Assembly: GCA_030754595.1 (NCBI GenBank) | Contig: JASLZZ010000077.1 | Location: forward strand, 44,577-108,576 | Direction of reading: 5' to 3' | DNA length: 64,000 bases | Source of the DNA: Nitrospinota bacterium | Lineage (GTDB): Bacteria; UBA8248 | Shown here: positions 58,079 to 64,000 of the stretch, piece after piece | How the letters are laid out: every line of letters begins with the position of its first letter | How positions within the stretch are numbered: the stretch's first letter is position 1 | Position numbers and translations under genes: made by a program | Notes under the pieces: generated by a model | Database searches by the model: none | The model's input: only the letters and a program-made list of their open reading frames with translations | Told to the model about the DNA's origin: nothing

Positions 58079-59068
58079 TTGTCGACTCAACCGCATATCT
58101 TGGTGACCGGCGGGGCCGGCTATATCGGCAGCCATGCCTGTAAAGCGTTGGCCGGTGCGGGTTTTGTCCCGGTAACCATTGATAATTTGGATTGTGGCCA
58201 TCGATGGGCTGTGAAGTACGGCCCGCTGGTAGTGGCCGATCTCGCCGACGGCGATCGGCTCCGTGGGGTTCTCTCGGATTACTCCATCGAGGCGGTCGTC
58301 CACTTCGCCGCCTACACCTATGTGGGAGAGTCGGTGGAGAACCCCCGGAAATATTTTCAAAACAACGTGACGAATTCCTTGAACCTGATCGAGGCGATGG
58401 TTGACGCGAACGTCAGGCCTTTTGTTTACTCTTCCACTTGCGCGACCTACGGCAATCCGGAAACGATTCCTCTGGCGGAGGATCATGCTCAAAATCCGGT
58501 GAATCCTTATGGAGAATCTAAACGGTTTATAGAGCGTGCCGCCCAGTGGTTCGGGGAGGCGTATGGAATTCGGTGGGCGGCGCTCCGCTATTTTAACGCC
58601 GCGGGCGCCGACCCGGAGGGTGAAATTGGAGAAAGCCACGATCCCGAAACCCATTTGATTCCGGTTGTGATCGAGGCCGCTCTCGAAAATCGGCCGCACG
58701 TGGCGATATTTGGGACCGATTATTCCACTCGGGATGGAACCGCCGTCAGGGATTATGTCCATGTGGCGGATCTCGCCTCCGCTCATCTTTCGGCCCTAAA
58801 GCACCTTATGGATGGTGGCACATCGGGGGCGTTCAATCTGGGGACAGGACGGGGACACTCGGTGCGGGAGGTCATTGCGTCCGTGGAGCGGATAAGCGGG
58901 CTGAAGGTGCCTGTCAGAGAGAAAGGACGGCGGCCGGGCGATCCCCCGGAGTTAATCGCCGATCCGAGCCGGACGGCCGATATTTTGGGGTGGCGCCCTT
59001 ATTACCAGGACCTTGATCGAATCGTGGAGACAGCATGGAGATGGCATTCCAGAGAAAAAAAACAATAA
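58079..59068 (+). CDS. galE: UDP-glucose 4-epimerase
   Basis: TGGAGYIGSH, HFAA..VGESV, SSTCATYG, NPYGESK, LRYFNAAGA, DGTAVRDYVHV. Confidence 0.95.
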   Translation: MSTQPHILVTGGAGYIGSHACKALAGAGFVPVTIDNLDCGHRWAVKYGPLVVADLADGDRLRGVLSDYSIEAVVHFAAYTYVGESVENPRKYFQNNVTNSLNLIEAMVDANVRPFVYSSTCATYGNPETIPLAEDHAQNPVNPYGESKRFIERAAQWFGEAYGIRWAALRYFNAAGADPEGEIGESHDPETHLIPVVIEAALENRPHVAIFGTDYSTRDGTAVRDYVHVADLASAHLSALKHLMDGGTSGAFNLGTGRGHSVREVIASVERISGLKVPVREKGRRPGDPPELIADPSRTADILGWRPYYQDLDRIVETAWRWHSREKKQ

Positions 59069-59117
59069 GGTCCCATTCTTCCGGGCGTTTTTCGGACGTA
59101 ACCTAACCAGCTAATTC

Positions 59118-60250
59118 TTACCGGTCCAAGCACTCAAGACAGGCCATCGTTACCTCATCCACCGAAATTTCAAGAGAGATTTCTTCTTCTGTATCTTCTC
59201 CAACCAGGCAAATGATTTTCTCGGTGGCGGGGCGGTAGCGCCCCAGGTTCTCTTTTATGAAAAGGATGACACCCGCGGCTCCGGCGGCCCAGGCAAGGTG
59301 GAGAGCCTCGGTATCGGACGTGAGAACCATATCGCACCGTTTCATCAGAACGGCGGTGCCTTGGTAACTTATTTTTCCGACGGTATTTAATGCGTACGGT
59401 GCCACCGAATCCGCGAGGCGTTCGGTTAGGTCCGCTTCGGCGGGGCCGCCCGTCAACAGGAACCTGGCCTCTTTATCGGTTCGAACGGTACGCATAACCT
59501 CTAAAAATCGCTCCTCTGGCCAGTTTTCTCCTGCCGGACCGTTCCCGGATTCAACACGATGACCGGTCCCTGGCCGTGTAAATTGTTATGAAGCGATTCC
59601 GCGGAACGCTCGTCGTCGGCAGTGGGCCATGTCTCGAGTTCGGCTCCGGCACCGTTATCGGCGCCGAGATGACGGACGAGATCAAGGTGAGTGTCACGTT
59701 CATTTCGGGGGACAGCGAGATCTTCGGTGATGGCGCAATGGTAGAATGTTCCCGTTCCCAAGGTGTTTCGGCCGGCTATTGTCGAAACACCGAGGAATCT
59801 CAGAAAGAGTCCCATCCGAACCGCGCCCTGGGGGGAATAGAGCCCCATCAAATTGATAGCAATGTCATAGCGCCGGTGGACTTTACGGAGCAGCGGCAGG
59901 AATTTTCCCATATCAGCCGAGGGGTGGACTCCTTGTTCCGGAGAAGGATTGAGATCGACGGATTCGATCGTATCGATATAAGGACAACCCTCCGCCGCAC
60001 GGCGCCCTTTTTCGCTGGTAAGAAGATCCAATCCGCCGGAAGGGGTGGATTGGCGAATTGCTCGAATAGCGGGTACGGCCAATGTCAGATCGCCCATGCC
60101 CGTGATTAGAACAACCAAAATACGTTTTTCGGCCAATGACGGCGCTTTTTTGGGTGATACCCGGCGGGCCCAAAGGATTGCCCTCTGAAGCGCAGTCATA
60201 CCCTCTCTGGGGTCAGGTACAATACTCAAGGGTTCATCTTTCCTCGGCAA
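59118..60250 (-). pseudogene. GT9 (heptosyltransferase-like) gene with a single-base frameshift
   Basis: GMGDLTL..LNPGT in one frame and (N)WPEERF..LTGG..SDT..LHLA in another. Adding one A to the A4 run at 59524-59527 restores EKNWPEERF. Confidence 0.78.
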
Positions 60251-60454
60251 AAGCTTGGTGGCGCGATATTATCCGCGGCCCCGATATTTCTAGAAGAAAA
60301 AACTGATTCTAAGTATAAACGATTAGAAACTGCTGTTAATATTAATTCGAGTCTAATTTCCCGTCAGTATGATACCTTCTTTCACCGGCTTGCCTTTGTC
60401 CAATTATGTTGAAAATTATTTTTTCCTGAGAGCAGAAAAAGTAGAGGGAAATCA

Positions 60455-61738
60455 GTGGAATCCGCCAACATGTATAAAGAATTTATGGAGCAGCGGATCG
60501 CTCTTATCGCAGAAGCATGTACCACTTGCGGCAAGTGTTTTGAGGCGTGTCCGATGACCGCCTACGCCGATTTTGAGGGGGCGGACCCCGAGCGGGTGAC
60601 AAAGGGGGTTGTCGATATCATCAAAGGCGAAGCGCAGACCCCCGAAGCCGTCCGCTGGGCGATGACCTGCGAGAAGAGCGGGGTATGCATCGATGCCTGC
60701 CCGGAGGATGTGAACCCCCGCGAGATGCTCTCTTACGCCAAGCTCAAGGCTCAAAACACCCAGATCGAGCGGGGGGAAATCCTGGAGGCGAGCCGAGAAC
60801 GTTTTCAGACCCTGAGCCGGACGATTCGCCTCCTGTCCGGCCTCCAACTCGATCCTGGGATTTTCAAGAATTTAACTACTGTTCATCACGGCAAGAAAAA
60901 CAAGGCGGATGCTGTATTTTATTTTGGGTGTAACATTCTTCAGACCCCGCACATCCTTCTTTCGTGCATGGATGTTTTCGACCGGATGGGGCTTGATTAC
61001 GAGGTGGCGGGAGGGGTGGGCCACTGTTGCGGCATCGGCCACATCCGCTGCGGGGACCTTGAGGGCGGAGCCGCCATGGGGCGCCGCTCTCTCGACCTGT
61101 TTAAATCTTATAACCCCGAGAGTGTCATCACTTTTTGTCCCACATGTCAGATGCAATATACCGAGTTCATGAATATCTATTCGGGGCCGAAAGAGGATTC
61201 TCCGCCCTTTGTGCATATCACCCAGCATCTTGTTGAACAGTTGGAAAAGCTGAGGACCCTATTTGTTCGGCCAGTGGAAAAGCGCGTTGCGGTCCACCTG
61301 CACGGCGGCACCGACGGAGTGGAGGATAATGTCCGAACGATATTAAGGAGTGTTCCAGGGCTCGAATTGGTCGAAATCGACCAGCTATCCGATCACGGAT
61401 ATCAATGTCCGACACTGCATGTTCCGGGAGCGAAGAAGGCCGTGCGTGAGAAGCTCTTTGCTTCCGCAAAGTCGGCTGAAGTGGATTTGATAGCTACTGT
61501 TTATCATGGATGTCACCGGGACCTATGCGCTGAAGAGGGAAGCCGCGGAGTAGTTGTCGAGAACTTTATGAGCATTCTGGGACAGGCCGTGGGATTTGAA
61601 TATCCGGATTGGACGAAAACCTTCAAGCTCTACGAGGAGATGGATCGGGTTCTCGCGGAAGCCAGCGAACTTCTCAGTGCCAATGGTTTTAATCCCGAAG
61701 CGATTCGTGGACAACTTCAAAAAATCTTGTATTCCTGA
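60455..61738 (+). CDS. Fe-S oxidoreductase with ferredoxin-like dicluster and CCG domains (HdrD/GlpC-like)
   Basis: CTTCGKCFEACP, CEKSGVCIDACP, YFGC, HCCG, FCPTC, YHGC. Confidence 0.85.
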   Translation: MESANMYKEFMEQRIALIAEACTTCGKCFEACPMTAYADFEGADPERVTKGVVDIIKGEAQTPEAVRWAMTCEKSGVCIDACPEDVNPREMLSYAKLKAQNTQIERGEILEASRERFQTLSRTIRLLSGLQLDPGIFKNLTTVHHGKKNKADAVFYFGCNILQTPHILLSCMDVFDRMGLDYEVAGGVGHCCGIGHIRCGDLEGGAAMGRRSLDLFKSYNPESVITFCPTCQMQYTEFMNIYSGPKEDSPPFVHITQHLVEQLEKLRTLFVRPVEKRVAVHLHGGTDGVEDNVRTILRSVPGLELVEIDQLSDHGYQCPTLHVPGAKKAVREKLFASAKSAEVDLIATVYHGCHRDLCAEEGSRGVVVENFMSILGQAVGFEYPDWTKTFKLYEEMDRVLAEASELLSANGFNPEAIRGQLQKILYS

Positions 61739-61840
61739 ATATCATGAATTCCGCGGACCCCATTGGAAAAAAAATCGGAAAGTGTTTTGGGATTGGTCTT
61801 GAGAGCGCTCTACAGGAAACTTTGAGAATGGACGGAATCC

Positions 61841-62122
61841 CTACTTCATGATCTCATTCGCTTTGTTCAGCGTCATGTCTAAGAAATTCCGGTCTTCTGT
61901 AAGCGAGTCGATGTTAATTCCGGTGTACCATGTTCCGTCGCCGTTTTCGTGGGCCCAGACGATGGTTGCCGCGCAATTATCGAAAACCTTGTCAGATATC
62001 TGGATTGAAAACTCAATTTCTTTATTCAAATGTGGTTCGCTCGTCACCAGAACCTTGAATCCTCCTGCGCTGACGTCTTCAGGGACAAGCGGCAAATCGG
62101 AATTATGGGAACGTTGTCGCAT
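61841..62122 (-). CDS. Small PilZ-like domain protein
   Basis: DVSAGG (D-x-S-x-x-G), ATIVW, YTGI. No clear RxxxR switch motif. Confidence 0.5.
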   Translation of the reverse strand: MRQRSHNSDLPLVPEDVSAGGFKVLVTSEPHLNKEIEFSIQISDKVFDNCAATIVWAHENGDGTWYTGINIDSLTEDRNFLDMTLNKANEIMK

Positions 62123-62140
62123 AATTCCGGTCTAATCAAT

Positions 62141-63205
62141 TTATTTTAACCTGTAAATCCGTATTGCGTTGTCTCGCATGATGCTACGGGCCACGTTTGG
62201 TGGCAGTAACGATAAAAAATATTTTGTAGCCCTAAGTTTGGGAACGTTTCGTTGGGCGAATTTTACGCCGGGCCCTGAGCCCACCAGGTTTGGAGAGACA
62301 AAAAATGAATCCGATCCGATTACGAAGCGATCAGCATGTCTCTTTAGAAGGTCAATCCATTTTGGTGCGATTTCACCGAAGCCTAGTAGCTTGTTGTACA
62401 TGGGTGCTCTGCTTCCCACCACACGCAGACTTACGTAAAGATTGGAGTACTTATCCATGAGGCTGCCGATTATGGCAGGGCTCATAGACCCCAAGGGGTC
62501 TGATCCGCCGTGGGCCCAAACGATCTTGGCGTTAGGGTTGTGTGCTAATAATTGATGGAGATGATCAACGGTTTGCGGTAAGACCGGTGGATTATCCCCA
62601 TCCTTGAAACGGTGTGGCGTGGACATTTCATCAACGGTAGCGTCCATATGGAGATCGATTGGTACGTTAAATTTCGCGGCGACATCGGAAAGCACCCGGA
62701 GAAGCGGATGATCCGCCGGAACAAACTGAAACGGATGCCCGGACACAGCCGAAATGTGAAGTGAAGCAATTTCACCGAAACCGACAGCGCCGTCTCTTAT
62801 AATTTGCTCGGCATGATTAGCGAAGGCTCGCTTGACATCCTCTGTGACTGAAGACGGGTTGCCGTGTTTGTGGAGCTCGGCGTTCAGAAATCCCCCTCCG
62901 CCGAGAAATGAAAAACGGCCTGGATATTGGCGTAACGCATGAACAAAAGATGGGTAATCATACTGGTTTTGGCTTATGACTTGTGGTGGGGGCAGGATGA
63001 TTGCTTTATGGATTCCCAGGCGGTCCATATTTTCGATCGCTTCATTTACCGCCCCCTCATAGTCTTCATTATTACTCTGCCCCCCAATCAGATGAACGTG
63101 AACATCAATAAATCCCTCCCCGGATAAATCTTGCGCGTTGGCGAGGTCAAAATTCCCCAACAAAAAAATTAGTATTGCAAACAGAACTGGATGAAGTTGT
63201 TTCAT
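62141..63205 (-). CDS. Secreted amidohydrolase-family metallo-hydrolase
   Basis: Signal peptide ending ANA, IDVHVH, GFGE, PIDLH, WAHGG, IGSD (TIM-barrel metal ligands). Confidence 0.82.
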   Translation of the reverse strand: MKQLHPVLFAILIFLLGNFDLANAQDLSGEGFIDVHVHLIGGQSNNEDYEGAVNEAIENMDRLGIHKAIILPPPQVISQNQYDYPSFVHALRQYPGRFSFLGGGGFLNAELHKHGNPSSVTEDVKRAFANHAEQIIRDGAVGFGEIASLHISAVSGHPFQFVPADHPLLRVLSDVAAKFNVPIDLHMDATVDEMSTPHRFKDGDNPPVLPQTVDHLHQLLAHNPNAKIVWAHGGSDPLGSMSPAIIGSLMDKYSNLYVSLRVVGSRAPMYNKLLGFGEIAPKWIDLLKRHADRFVIGSDSFFVSPNLVGSGPGVKFAQRNVPKLRATKYFLSLLPPNVARSIMRDNAIRIYRLK

Positions 63206-63256
63206 AGGGCAACCTGTGCATGGCGAATCATAATTTCAAGGATATGGGAGTCGAGC

Positions 63257-63345
63257 AATTCCGATTTCACTGATAATTCCCTGTGGTCGGGAGCGAGTCT
63301 AGGGCCAAATTCCCTGATAATTCCCCCTGTTATTCCCTTAATTCC
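63257..63345. repeat. Cluster of WATTCC direct repeats
   Basis: CTGATAATTCCC at 63270 and 63314. WATTCC at 63257, 63275, 63308, 63319, 63331 and 63340. Confidence 0.5.
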
Positions 63346-63379
63346 TTCAAGTATTGATCCTGAGCGTGGCGAGTTCTTA

Positions 63380-64000
63380 CTAATCCATCCACATTCCGCC
63401 ATTGACATTCAAAATGGCCCCGTTGATATACGATGCCCTATCGCCCGCCAGAAAACAGATGGCTTCGGCCACTTCGGCCGGGAGTCCGAACCGGTCGAGG
63501 GGAATCTGGCTTTTCCAGGTCACCTTCCTGAGTTCGGGCATATCAGAGCTCATCCGCGATACGATAACGCCTGGCGCCACTACGTTCACTCGCACCCTCG
63601 GAGCCAGCTCCATCGCCAGCGCCCGCCCGAACCCGATAATCCCAGCCTTTGAGGCGCAGTAATGAGCATGGAGCGGGTTCCCGCGCTTGGCGGCGGTGGA
63701 AGCCATGTTCACGATCACCCCGCCAGTCTCCTGCCCGACCATCAGCGCGCCGGCGGCCCTGCAGGCGGCGAACACCCCCTTCAGGTTGACGCTCAGGGTC
63801 TCGTCCCACTCCTCGGCGGACATATCCAGAATCGCGCGGTGGCGGTAAATCCCCACACAATTCACCAGAACATCGATGCGCCCGAGTTCCGAGTGGAGTG
63901 CCTTGAAGGCGGCCTCGACATCGCTCAGATCCGTCACATCCGCTTGTCTTGAAACTGCTCCTTCGATCTCCCCAACTGCGCGGGAGAGCCCCACCTCGTC
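63380..64000 (-). CDS. Short-chain dehydrogenase/reductase (FabG-like), 5' end outside window
   Basis: ADVTD, DVLVNCVG, NMAS, YCASK, VNVVAPG, IPLDRFG, ASYINGAILNVNGG. Confidence 0.9.
   Translation of the reverse strand, partial: DEVGLSRAVGEIEGAVSRQADVTDLSDVEAAFKALHSELGRIDVLVNCVGIYRHRAILDMSAEEWDETLSVNLKGVFAACRAAGALMVGQETGGVIVNMASTAAKRGNPLHAHYCASKAGIIGFGRALAMELAPRVRVNVVAPGVIVSRMSSDMPELRKVTWKSQIPLDRFGLPAEVAEAICFLAGDRASYINGAILNVNGGMWMD

Noticed and set aside
63202..63408. 68-aa ORF between the SDR and the amidohydrolase
   Set aside because: It overlaps the SDR end, has no motif, and is largely the translation of the WATTCC repeats

Overview
Chromosomal DNA from a GC-rich Gram-negative bacterium. 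The gene set and order resemble Nitrospinota, Nitrospirota or deltaproteobacterial-grade lineages; this is an inference. Most of the window is housekeeping. It opens with smc (3' part) and ftsY. A ~25 kb co-oriented run follows: HNH-uvrB-uvrC-lnt-prfB(+1 frameshift)-lysS-lolC/E-lolD-clpC-bamA-skp-lpxD-fabZ-lpxA-gnnA-like-lpxI-lpxB-DUF374/lpxJ-waaA-lpxK. Next come opposite-strand lptFG and a ~17 kb LPS core cluster (waaF, gmhB, hldA, hldC, waaC, epimerase, Trm112-like, GT2, five GT4s, msbA, carbamoyltransferase, methyltransferase, waaL). The last part holds dacA, dapA, an aquaporin, galE, a CCG Fe-S protein, an amidohydrolase and an SDR. The accessory hotspot is 2.5-6.7 kb. It contains a 109-bp MITE-like element with 17-bp terminal inverted repeats, a family of GTAGC-tagged/CIRCE-like hairpin repeats on both sides of a ybaK-family gene, and an AT-richer four-gene islet: HTH-MNT, HEPN, a NucS-like nuclease broken by two in-frame TAGs plus a frameshift, and a small hydrophobic protein. 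A second decaying glycosylation locus (GT4 fragment, galE, frameshifted GT9) lies at 57.7-60.3 kb. No tRNA, rRNA, CRISPR array or transposase was recognised.
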